In this document: piece after piece, positions 9,282-20,100 of the stretch
Layout of the letters: the number at the start of each line of letters is the position of its first letter
How positions within the stretch are numbered: position 1 is the stretch's first letter
Origin: Epithemia pelagica
Lineage: Eukaryota > Protista > Bacillariophyta
Direction of reading: 5' to 3'
Length of the DNA stretch: 64,000 bases
Assembly: GCA_946965045.2 (NCBI GenBank)
Contig: OX337228.1
Coordinates: forward strand, 4,030,001-4,094,000
Notes under the pieces: generated by a model
Databases searched by the model: none
What the model saw: the letters and a program-made list of their open reading frames with translations, nothing else
What the model was told of the DNA's origin: nothing
Program-made: the position numbers and the translations under genes

Positions 9282-10700
9282 CTAGAAGTCGAGATGGAGA
9301 GTGGTGGGGAAGTGATGTTGGGGATCTTGGCCATTGAAGGTGTTAGAGAGGTTTTCATCCGGTGATTCGAGAGCAGTCTCGCTGTTCGTTTGAAGGGCCG
9401 GATCAACGAGGTTGTCGAGTCGGTTCCGCAGGTGTTCCAAGGAGGCGATGCGGGAAGCCGTTGTTGAGTTGTCAACATGCCGAAAGTCGGTAGTGTTGAG
9501 CATTAATTGGGCCATGCCCGTGGTCCATTCAAGAACCTGTGGTCGGATATATTTCATGAAAGCGGTCGAACTCCATCTTCCAAGAATCATTATCTTGACG
9601 ACGGAACAATCAGCCAGGAACAGGGCCATGGCGGCTCCTGATCTGAGAGAGTGCGTGCCGATATCCATTGGGTGGTAGCCAAAGGCGTTGACTCCGCCGC
9701 CCAATACACAGGTTTCTCGTAACAGGTTGCGAGTATCTTCTTGTCAGACGAAGCGAGGGGGGAGGGATGGGTTGGATGGGTCAAACCAACAATTCACTGT
9801 CGTGGATGGGGGAGCTTTCGGACGGTAGTGGAGAATCCGACGAATGACGCGGCCCCAGAGAAGGACTGGGTCGAGGATGGGGTCATTCGTTCTGCTCTGA
9901 GTACGAGTTTCAGCTTTGTGGTTGTTCTTTTGGTCTCGGAACGTTATCGAGACGTACTTCGCGAGGCGGTGAAAGTCGGGGTGGTTGGCGGCGATCGTTT
10001 CGTGTTTCTTGGCGGTGAAGAACACGATGTCACCGATTGTTAGGAGTTTTGTTTTTCCTCTGTGGGGCACGGTCGTAATCTCGCAGCTTCTGCATCCAAA
10101 GAAGAAGCCGCATCCTGCGAGGTCGGCGACGACGGCTTTGAAGGTGGAGAAGTCGTAGACGCGTGGTGGGTTGGTGAGTCTGTTGGTTCGACAACAGTGG
10201 AGCCAGAGGAAACGGAGATGTTTGGCGGTAATGGCTTTCTCTCGTTTTTCGGGGGGGTCCAAATTTGACCACGCGCGTTTGAGGGAGGCGACGAGGGGGT
10301 GGACGTGATGGCTGTCTTGACAGTGGCAGGGGCTCGGCCGGTCATGATGCCGGAAGCACGATGCCAAGTCTCCAATGGCTTGGCCAAGAGTGCTTGCTCG
10401 AAGAGGGTTCGAGCGGTCGCGATTCTTGGTGAATTCGGCGTCTCGGAGGGATTGCAAGAAGGAACATGCGATGCTGGCTCTGTGGTTGGATGCTTTGATG
10501 GACTCGAGGAGTGGATCGTGACCGAATCCAATCTTGTCGAGGTGTTCTGTCCATCGCTCCCAGACTTTGTCGCGCTTTTGATGTGCTCCTTCGGTCTTGC
10601 CGAAGAAGATTCTGGACACGCTGGCACGATCGAGGAGATCCAGCATGTGATCTCGTTGGGGAGTGGTTTGATGCAAAAATTCGCAGGAATCTGAGAACAA
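9282..10700 (-). pseudogene. Tyrosine recombinase (YR) of the Ngaro/DIRS-like element, with one in-frame TGA
   Basis: ORFs 9744-10700 and 9282-9704 share a frame (RFV*QEDTRNLLR). Catalytic motifs GCRSCE, GTHSLRSGAA, GRWSS and KYIR are present. Overlaps the pol 3' end by 661 nt in another frame. Confidence 0.88.
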
Positions 10701-13579
10701 AAATTTTTGTGAAGAAAAAGGGTAAGTTCGTTATCGTTAAGATGCCAATGTCGTGACAAGATATCTGACACATCGTTCTTGCTCCCTGGAATATGCTCGG
10801 CTTGAAGGGAGAACTTGTGGTGAAGAATAAGTTCTGTCAGCTTCTTGGAGACTTGGACATGCAACGGCTTGTCAGATCCGAAGGATGATTTGTACATCCA
10901 GCCGACGGCGGACGAGTTGTCGGAGAGACTCAGTACGGCCGAGTTTTCTTCGATGCCATCGAACCAACAATCAACCCACATTGACACAACAATTGCGATG
11001 TATTCAAAGAGATTGTTGGTGCGTGTGTTGGTGGATGATGGGTCGAGTTGGGCAAGAGCTTGGAGTCTTGCTGGGTCGATTCGGAAGCGCCATGCTCTGC
11101 CGGAGCGAACGGAGTAACCGCCCATCCCTTCGGGGCAGGAGTCGGCATGGAAGAGATGGGTGGGAACGCGACAAACCAGTCGATTGAGCGAGATGCCGTT
11201 GTGGGCATGTTGGAGGAGAGACGGCCACATTTCAAGATCCTTAGCGATGGAGTCTGGAATGGAGTACCGATAGAATGATGGAGGGACGTCTCTGTTGGGT
11301 CGAGGACGTTTCGGATTCTTATTCGTCTCTGGTGGTTTTGCTTTCTGTTTCTGTCGGAAAGCTCGTTCAATGAAGGTTTGGTACTCGCGAAGGCGAGACA
11401 ACCAAAAGGATGCGTGGGGTATGCCTTTGGTGGCATGTAATAATTTTCCAATCAAACTGCGGAGGTTGTGGAAGGTGGTGCGACGGGTCTTGAGAAGATG
11501 TTGTACTTCTCGGGTCCAACCAATCAGTTTGTCTTTTGGGAGACAAAGGAGGAGTCGTCTTGTGTCAACAATCCACCCGAGAACTCGTTGTTCTTCAGCG
11601 GGGGCACCTTCGGCTTCGAGTTTGTCGGCTTCCAGCATATCTTTTCGTGTAATTGGTTCGTCCTTGGCAACTGGTCGTGTCATGAGATGGACGACGAGAG
11701 GAACGATGCTCGGACATCGGCCGAGGTGAGGGTTGGTTGCAAGGAAGACTTGTATCATATCATCCAGATATGAATCGTGAAAACCATGGGGACGAGTTGG
11801 GACGCTGACGGCCAATTCACAGGCGGGTGCAATGGGAATGTCCTCTGGGAGATATTTGGGTCCTCCAATTCCTTCTTGGAGGGGCGATTGACAAAGGTCT
11901 GGCTGCCATTCGTCGAAATCGGCCAGGTCGTTGCAGAAGTCAGTTCCAATTTCCGAGACGATGGAAAATTCGGCCGGGTTGGCGGAAGCTCCAAACGTCA
12001 AGCGGAGATTGAGGTGGGCAAAGGAATTGGAGGGATCGATGGTTATATTCCTTGCTGCAACATCGCCGTCGCCGTGAACTCGGCGGTATGCTGAGGACCA
12101 ATCAAACTTGCTGATAAGGATACGATCGGTGGGAAATGCCAGACGCAATGCAACGATTTGATGGAGGACTCTATCTAAACAGTGACCCATCACAAGGTCA
12201 ATCAATTTGCTTTGATCAATCAAATCGTTGGTCGAGGGGCAAAATCCGAGGGAAAAGGATTGGTCGTGTGTCAAACGGTCTTTCGGAACAAGGTCGCCGT
12301 TGGCATCAATTCCCATTTGGTGGGCGACACCCATGGGACTGATTCAACTATGCTTGATGCGTTTGGCACAGTTGAATGTGATTGGAAGAGAGAATCCTTT
12401 AGAAGCGTCTTTCCGGAGAACTTTCGAAAGAGCTTCGGGATTTTTCTTGCCAGAAGCGTGATTGCCGTATTCGAGGATTGCCTCGTTTTCAGCGCGTCTG
12501 GCTGGCTCGTCTTCCTCAGCTGTGAGAGGATAGGAGACACCATGCGTGATATTGTGGTGAAACCATGACCAGTATGGGTGGCCGGCTAGGAGTGGCTCGA
12601 GAATTTGGGCTGTGCGAAATTCCGAGCCGGGTGTGATGACGGAGTCGGGGTGACTGTCGATCACTCGTTGCATGTCAAAATCAAACCGTTCAATCAGCTG
12701 TGAGTTGAAGGTTGCATTGGACAAAACAACAGAATCGTCGATAGAGTGACGAAAGGGTGATGGCTTGGGGGTTGGTGGCTCGTGATCGGCGATGAAAAGC
12801 ATGACAGAGAGACGGATTGGGTGGCGAATCGGTTGGAGTGGGGGAGGGGCCAGTCTTGTGGGAAAGATTTCGGAAATCTCGTTGGGAAGGTAGCATTTGC
12901 CAGAACTTGGGGAACTGAACGTCGTGTCATCTGCGAAATTAAACTCACCTAGTAATTTTAAATCCGCTTGTCGAGCCTGTTCCAATCGTTTTACATTCCT
13001 TGCTAGGGGCTTGCCTGTGAAATCAGACCCGATGATCGCGGAGGAACTCCCTGGGAGAGATTCCGCGATTTGTGAGGGCAGATTTTTGGAATGAGAACTT
13101 GGGGGACTTGGGGGTCTTGTAGAAGAATCAACGGTAAGGGAATCTGTTGGGTGATCCTTGGTAGTTGGTCGGGGGTGACTGTTGGCAGTCGTGGGGCTGG
13201 AAGTGGGTGCGTCAACGGACGCGGATATCTTGGGAGCAGAATCAGACGTGATGACACATTGATTCTGAACGGACAAGATCAGATCGGAGAGTTCTCGTTG
13301 ACGAGTCTCTGGATATCTTGAATAATCCTGGGTGATGTGATGAATCAAGAAAGGATTCGCAGTGCTTGGAATCTTGGGTTTGTGGTCTGACGACGGTGTT
13401 GCCAATGGGGGAAGGAAGGATGGGACAATTTCGGATGAGAGTGGTGGAGGTGGAGCAAGAGGCTTCAAGTGGGAAGAAGACTCCGCAACTATAGTATTAC
13501 TATTAATGGTGGGTTGAGAGTCGTCTCGCGACAAAAGAGGAGGAATCGAAGATGAGGCAACAATCAACCCGTCCTGGCG
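10040..13579 (-). pseudogene. RT/RNase H ORF of the YR retrotransposon, with one in-frame TGA
   Basis: ORFs 12344-13567 and 10040-12334 share a frame (KHS*ISPMGVAHQ). RT motifs DRLTHDQSF, SKFDWSSAYRRV, LTFGASANP, YLDD; RNase H ADSCPEGMGG, NLFEYIA, SDNSSAVGW, HIPGSKNDVSDILSR. No methyltransferase domain recognised. Confidence 0.9.
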
Positions 13580-16459
13580 TCAATTGTTGTTGACGTTGGC
13601 GTACGCGGAGCGGTAAAACTCGTCCATCGCTGCTTTCTTGTCATGCTTGCTGGGATTGTCATGGAGGAATTTACACTTCTTCCCTTTCTTGCAAATCCCT
13701 TTGGTGAAGAGAATATTGCAGAAATGTTGTTTCTTGTTGTTCTTTTCGACGAATGGGATGTTTGTGAGAACGCTTGGGGGAAAGACACGCATATAATTCG
13801 CATTCTCGGGAAGCCGCCAATTGGAAGGAGAATCGAAAGTGATGGGGGTCTTGGTGGTCTCAGAATTCGACGAGGAAGAATTTTGTTGTCGCTTGGAGCT
13901 CGGGGAACCGTCATCAAAGCCACCGGATCGTTTCTTCTGGGAATTCTTCTGTTGGTTTGCCTGGAATTTGGCTTGGAGAGCTGGAGGAAGAGAGACTAAG
14001 GTCGAACCAGTCTTGACGGTGAAAAGAATCCAATTCACTTGCTCTTCAAAGTCCCGGAATCCCACGCCTCCAATGGATGATGCACTCGAAAGGGTAGAGA
14101 CGAATTCTTGGACGGCCTTGTCGATGGCAAACAGAAATTGGCCGAAATAAAAATCGTTGCCAGAGCTTTGTTGTTTGGCCATGATCTTGGTACAAAACTG
14201 ATGATAAAAGTTAAAGACTTTGAGGATCTGGTTCGCAATTGCTGAAGAGGCACCGCAAAGTCCTTTTGCACAAGCCCAAAAGAAACGAAGTTGTTTTTCG
14301 AATTCATCGGCGGTTCTTGGGAAGAACAAGTTGTGGTCCGAGTAAAGTTGCTGCATCTCCTTTGACTGCTTCATGTCATTGAGATGACATAAGGAATCGT
14401 CGTGGATTTGCTGGCGAATATTCTTGTCCAAGGTGTTGTTTGAATCTAGCCCCGGAATTGCGTACGGGTCGAATGAAAAGGGGCTGAAACCACCAGGACA
14501 AGCCTCCGATTTCCAACGCAATCCAAGTCGTTGGATCACAGTGCATTGGCCGAAAAGGATTGTGCACGCATTGTCGGATGGGTCGAACACTTCTGCAAGG
14601 AATGACTCAAAGAATGTCGCTGAATTCTTTGACTTCCAAACAATCTTGATGATCGGAGACAGTTCGTCCGGGAGAGATGTTGCCTTTGGGGTAATCGATC
14701 CCAGACGTAATTGTTTTTGGGCATTCAAGGGCATGTCCCTAAACATGCTCTTGGACTCTGGAGCAGTGATATCGTCCTCATTTCCACTCTTCTTGGAAGT
14801 AACTTATTTGATACATTTTGAGAGCAAGAACATTTCGGGAGAGACGAAATGAACGTTGCCTTCATCGTCCAACATGCGAACGCCGCCTTGAGGAGAAGAA
14901 CGGTCCCGCAATTGTGAAGAGTCTGGAAGAGGCAAACAATCAACCGGTGATGGTGACCGAAAGCGCACACTTGAGGAGGACCGACGAAGGGATGGGCGTC
15001 GAGGGACAGAGGACTGTTCTTGTGGGTGCGAATCGTTTTTGGGAAAGATTCGAGAACGATGATCCAACAATGTAGTATTCGCTTTCTGTGGGTCTGCAGG
15101 GATGGATGGGAAGACGGACTGCAGCTTGGGATTCTTCGGACGATGGAGAACAATCCACAAAAAACGAATGATTGGTTCCTGAATCTGGAGAAGAGGGTAA
15201 TCGATCGGCATACCGAACTTCTTGGACTCTGGGGACAGATCTCTGGAGGCTTCCCACCAGTGAAACAAAGCCACTTTATACAATCCACTTGCAATATCTT
15301 CGAATGACACGGTAATGTCTTGGCTCGAACGGTCAGTATTGTGGAGCATCAGACCGGACAAGCATGGAGGAAGAAGACACAAACTTGAGCATAGAAATTC
15401 ACGGTCAGACTTTGAGCCAGTGTCGGAGGAGGAAGCTACGGTGAAGGTCTTGAACTTGGAGGGATCAAATGAGAGATGGGGAACGGACGAAGAATCGGAG
15501 AAATCGTCGATCTCAACAACACAATGTTCAAGGATCTCGGCAAAGGTCGGAACATTAGGGAAAACATGTTCGGACAACAAAAGGGGAATGTCGTCACTGT
15601 CGATCTGAAAGGGCGGAGACTCGAATGAGATTCGGTCAAGACCATAGAATGTCGCTTGAGGATCCACGAACGTTCCACAATCTGCAGGGCAGCAGATGTT
15701 GTGGAAGAGGAAGGGGCGTCCATTGCGAGACAAACCAAGGAATGCCAGTGGGTGGCTCTTCATCTTCGAGGTCAGCCAAACATGGAGATCGTCGGAGGAG
15801 GATAGACGGTTAAAGCTGGAGCACACCTGCGACCACAAGGTAGGGTCCCGAGAAAGAGCGACGTGAAATGGCTGGAGAAAAGAGTCGCACCAGTCGATCG
15901 GGTCGACTTTTGTCAACTTTGAGAAGATATGTTCCAAGGCTTTGTCTCCAAGCGAATGGAAGTCCTGCGTAAAGTAGAACTCATGGCGGTAGGCGCCTGC
16001 ACGGAGAGAGGACGACAGGTTGTCGTTGTCGACGTCGTCACCATCCTTGTCGTCGACAAGGATGAAATCATCCTTATCGAGGGCACTTGGAGGAGCATCT
16101 TCATCGGAGCGGGATGTGGAAGACTTGCGAACCGGAGGAGGCGGAGCCTTAAGCTTCTTGTTGTCAGACTTGGACAGGAACTTGGACTTGGAGGAGGCAA
16201 CGGTATCCAAGAAGGCTTGTTCTTGGAGGTCAGCGTCAGAATCCACCGAAGAGTCATCAGCTTTAGCATGGTGATCCTTGAGGGAAGACTTGTCGGAGGC
16301 GGAAGGCTTGCGATCGCCATTCGAATCATCGGGTTGGGAGACAACCGCCGCCGCCGCGGGAGCAGACGAAGAAGGAGAAGGGGGATCAGATCCTTTCGTC
16401 GACGTCGGCGTCTTACCAAAGAGATCCTCAAGGAAAGGGTTGGAACCGGTAAAAGTCAT
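13580..16459 (-). pseudogene. gag-like ORF of the YR retrotransposon with C-terminal CCCH zinc finger, with one in-frame TAA
   Basis: ORFs 14804-16468 and 13580-14746 share a frame (KCIK*VTSKK). C-terminal CNILFTKGICKKGKKCKFLH fits C-x8-C-x5-C-x3-H. ATG at 16459 lies just downstream of A1. Confidence 0.75.
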
Positions 16460-16479
16460 GATGAACAAGGTAAACTCAG

Positions 16480-16728
16480 AAGATTAGCTAACTAGAATCG
16501 TTGCGATCTCGAACTCGTCTCGTAGTCGTTGCAAAGATGCTGAACCCAAGAAGAGTGAGCTCTTCTCACGCTCCAACGACTCTGCATCAGGGTCATCCTA
16601 AAACTTCCGATTGTGGGAATCAAATCGGATGCTCGCCTCGCGTCGAGGAGGCGGAGCAGTCGCACCCCTGTTGTCGGTCGCGGAGTCTGGCCAGCATCGG
16701 CCACGTCACTCCACCCAGTACAGACACC
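16480..16728 (-). repeat. A1 terminal repeat (249 bp) of the YR retrotransposon
   Basis: Same sequence as the A portion of each 443-bp unit; shares both diagnostic SNPs with unit 8179-8621. Confidence 0.95.
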
Positions 16729-16733
16729 ACTGC

Positions 16734-16745
16734 GGAACAGGAGTG
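16734..16745 (+). promoter_or_regulatory. Polypurine tract of the Copia element (GGAACAGGAGTG)
   Basis: Purine-rich tract immediately 5' of the 3' LTR. Confidence 0.8.
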
Positions 16746-17014
16746 TGTTGAAACGAAGACAATGGGCAAAGAGGGATTCCTTCATTCCCGAGTGTCGCAG
16801 CCAGATGGCCACATCTCCGTCACTAGTGACGTCGCACATGGCCAGGCCTATGAGTCATATGCTCAGGCCCTGATGTACGGAAAGGCAAATGACCCTTCCC
16901 TTTCCAGGGCCTCTCCTCGTGCTCATTCTTCGTAGCTAATCGATAAGGAAGTTGTTTTTCAAACAAGCGCTTTTTGCGTTGCATCATTTGCACGCAACCT
17001 CTGTTGCTTTAACA
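16746..17014 (+). repeat. 3' LTR (269 bp)
   Basis: 268/269 identical to the 5' LTR; followed by TSD AGGAC at 17015-17019. Confidence 0.97.
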
Positions 17015-17124
17015 AGGACAATCAACAATATTTCGATTGGATTACAGTATTGTTAACGCGAACAGGGAGAAGACAAGGACCAGTGGTTTGTTTCTGAGTT
17101 GGTTGAGAAAAGAAAACAAGGACG

Positions 17125-20100
17125 ATGCGCTGCTGCTGCTGCACCCGCGCATTTCGCGCCTTGATGCGTCGTAACGGCATCTACCGTGCTCGAAATCCCA
17201 TTGGAACCGTAAGATCCGTCGAATTCGTATCGATTGCAGTCATTGCTTCCGCGACATTTTTCTAACTTTTGGTTTCTTCACCGTGATGCCAGTTCTTGGA
17301 GTTTGCACTACCAGTTGGGTTCGTAGCCATTTTGTTGCTCATTAAGAATTCAGTGGACAGTTCTGAAGCCGACACGGTGCCAGCTCTTTATCCTGCCAAC
17401 AGCAAAGCTTTTCGACCTTTGAGTTTCCAAGATTACCTAACGACAGTTCGCGCGGAAAAAGTATGTGAAGAACAGGGTGTTGAAGACGGGGAACGCGAGC
17501 TTGGTATCAGTGGTATGGACAATCAAGGCTCTAACTGGATGGTGCCCATGGTCAAATGTGACAGTCGTAAATGCGATGAGGCAGGCCAGGATGCTTCTAC
17601 CTTTTGTGAATATTCCATCATTGCTGTGGCTGGCTCCAATGCAAATGGCCTCGAGCGCGCGCAGGATTTTCGCGGCTGGATGGTCGACCGCTACCCAGAA
17701 CTTTTGACGGATATGCCCTTTGACTTTGATCCCATCAGAGTGTTTGACACTTCTCAGGATATTGACGCATATGTTCGACGAAATGATTATGGAGAGTCTG
17801 GAGTTCCAAAGGTTATGATTGGAGTTGTTTGGGAAAGCAATAACGAAAATAACTACGACTACCGCATCCGTTTGAATCAGACCAATTTCAACAACCCTCC
17901 TGATGAAGCACGTCCTGGAGCGAAGACGGCAGCATACACTGACACCGTTCTGGATAGCTTTGCCAATGATGATTTCTCGGCGTGTACAGGCGATGAGGAT
18001 GGTCTGCCCGATCAAGGTCCACTTGAGGATTCTTGTACTGGAAAATACCTCTACAATGGTGTTTTGACAATCCAGCGTGTTGTTGGTGATTACATCCTTG
18101 ATCGAACCGGTGCTGCGGACGCAGGATACGCTGTTTCGGAGAATGGCGTTCAGTTTGTTCAGTTTCCGACAGAGTCTTACGAAGAGGAAGATTCCTACAG
18201 TGATCTTGGGAACTTCATCTTGGTCGCCCTTGGACTCCTTTATCCCGTTGCAACCATGATTGGCTTCATCACGCGGGAAAAAGAACTGCGTCAAAAGGAG
18301 CTTATGAAGATGATGAGTGTTACAGAGGCTGAAATGTAAGTCCCGTCTGGACAAAAGGTGATGTTATTTTGTGTCTCGTTTCCCTAACACTATGCCTCTG
18401 TTACCTCAGTGGTTGGTCATGGTTCACAAGTTTTTTTGCGTTACACTTTGTCAATGCAGTTTTGTGTACCATCGTATCTACTTCTATTTTCACAAATTCT
18501 GAAGGTTCCTATCTTTTCCTGTATTGGCTTTTTACCTTCTGGGCTGTCATCAACTTTTGTTCGGCGATTGCGGCGTTCACTTCGAGGGCAACAGTGGCGG
18601 TGTTTGTGGGTATCTTGTTCTTTATTGTAGGAGTCTTCCTGCCCGGTGTATACGATTACCAAGATGGAGACGAGAGTACGATCGCTCTCATTAGTTTGCA
18701 CCCTGTGGCTGCATCTGGTTTTGGGATGCAAGAGATTGGGTTTCTGGAGGATCGTGGCGTTGGTGTTACTGAAAGTACATGGGACAACAGTGATCATCAG
18801 TCAGGTTACTCTTTCCAAAATACCCTGAATTCACTCATCATTTGTATCATTCTGTGGGGTCTTCTGAGTGCCTACCTGAACCGAGTTATCAAACAAGATT
18901 ACGGGCAGGCGTTGCCATGGTACTTTCCTTTCTCTGCTTCGTATTGGTGTCCATCTGTGGCCACTAACACGGAGGAGGTTACGGACGACCCAGATGATGA
19001 CCCCGATATTCCATACGAACCTGTTTCGGATAATCTGAAGCGTCAACGAGAGGAGGGCAAAAGTATTGAAATCAGAAACTTGCACAAAACTTTCGGTGAA
19101 AAGTCCGCTGTGAATGGTTTGTCTCTCTCCATGTACTCCAACCAAATTACTTGTCTCTTGGGTCACAATGGTGCGGTACGTTTGGTTCGGGATCGGGAAT
19201 GGAAGCTCTTGATCGGTCATTTGGATTGTTGGTCTTACTAACATGATTGCTTTGTTCGAATGTTGCGCAGGGTAAGACAACTACAATCAATATTCTTACC
19301 GGTGCACTGGCCCCTTCCAGTGGGACCGTCCTTGTAGCTGGCAAAAACGTAAAGACGCAACTCCCAGATATCCGTCAAGATTTGGGTATTTGTCTTCAGC
19401 ATGATTGCCTCTTCCCCCTGGTAAGCGATCCATCAATACCAATTTCACGTGTGACCTTTGCTCGTGAGACTCACACTTGTTTCATCAGTTGACTGTCCGG
19501 GAACACGTGCAGTTCTTTTCTCGAATTAAAGGCCTTTATCAAAGCCATTCGTACGAAGAGGCAGAGGAGTTGGTTGACCAAGCCATTCGTGATGTTGCTC
19601 TACTTGAAAAGCGGAATTCTCTCTCCAAGAACTTGAGCGGTGGAATGAAGCGTAAACTGAGTGTCGCCATCGCTTTCTGCGGTGGAAGTAATGTTGTGAT
19701 GCTTGATGAGGTAAGCAATCATGATCTGTTGAAATTCCCCAGATGTGTCATGTTCTCATAGTTTTGCCCCAGCCAACGAGTGGGATGGATCCTTTCAGTC
19801 GTCGATTCACGTGGAATGTGATCCGGTACGTGTCGAGACAAAGTGTCGTTAATTCGAGAAATACACCGTTCTAACCAACTCGACATGGCATACAGACAAT
19901 ATCGCAAAGATCGGTGCATTATTCTTACTACTCACTTGTAAGTTGAAATCGTGATTGCGATGGTTTGAGGCAAGTTCACGTTCTGAGTTTCTAATTCAAT
20001 ACCTTTTTAACAGCATGGATGAGGCCGATATTCTCGGAGACACAATCGCTATTATGTCGGAGGGGGAACTGCGTTGCTGCGGTAGTTCGCTTTTCTTGAA

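Larger units (their letters stand above)
7293..16728 (-). mobile_element. Tyrosine-recombinase retrotransposon (Ngaro/DIRS-like, split direct repeats) nested in the Copia element
   Basis: Minus-strand gag (CCCH finger), RT/RNase H and YR ORFs, with A repeat at the 5' end and B-A-B repeats at the 3' end. No TSD. Removing 7293-16728 restores the Copia frame (...APSG|TAEQECVE...). Confidence 0.92.
2089..17014 (+). mobile_element. Full-length Ty1/Copia LTR retrotransposon (CoDi-like) with a nested 9.4-kb tyrosine-recombinase retrotransposon
   Basis: Two 269-bp LTRs (TGTT...AACA), 5-bp TSD, gag-PR-IN-RT-RH domain order typical of Copia, and a PPT before the 3' LTR. Confidence 0.97.

Noticed and set aside
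7499-9337. Repeated 69-166 aa ORFs on both strands (e.g. MRSRTRLVVV..., MADAGQTPR...)
   Set aside because: Artefacts of the tandem repeat; no recognisable motifs.
10040-10700. DIRS-type DNA methyltransferase domain after RNase H
   Set aside because: The post-RH region is Ser/Pro/Thr-rich, overlaps YR, and shows no MT motifs that I can recognise.
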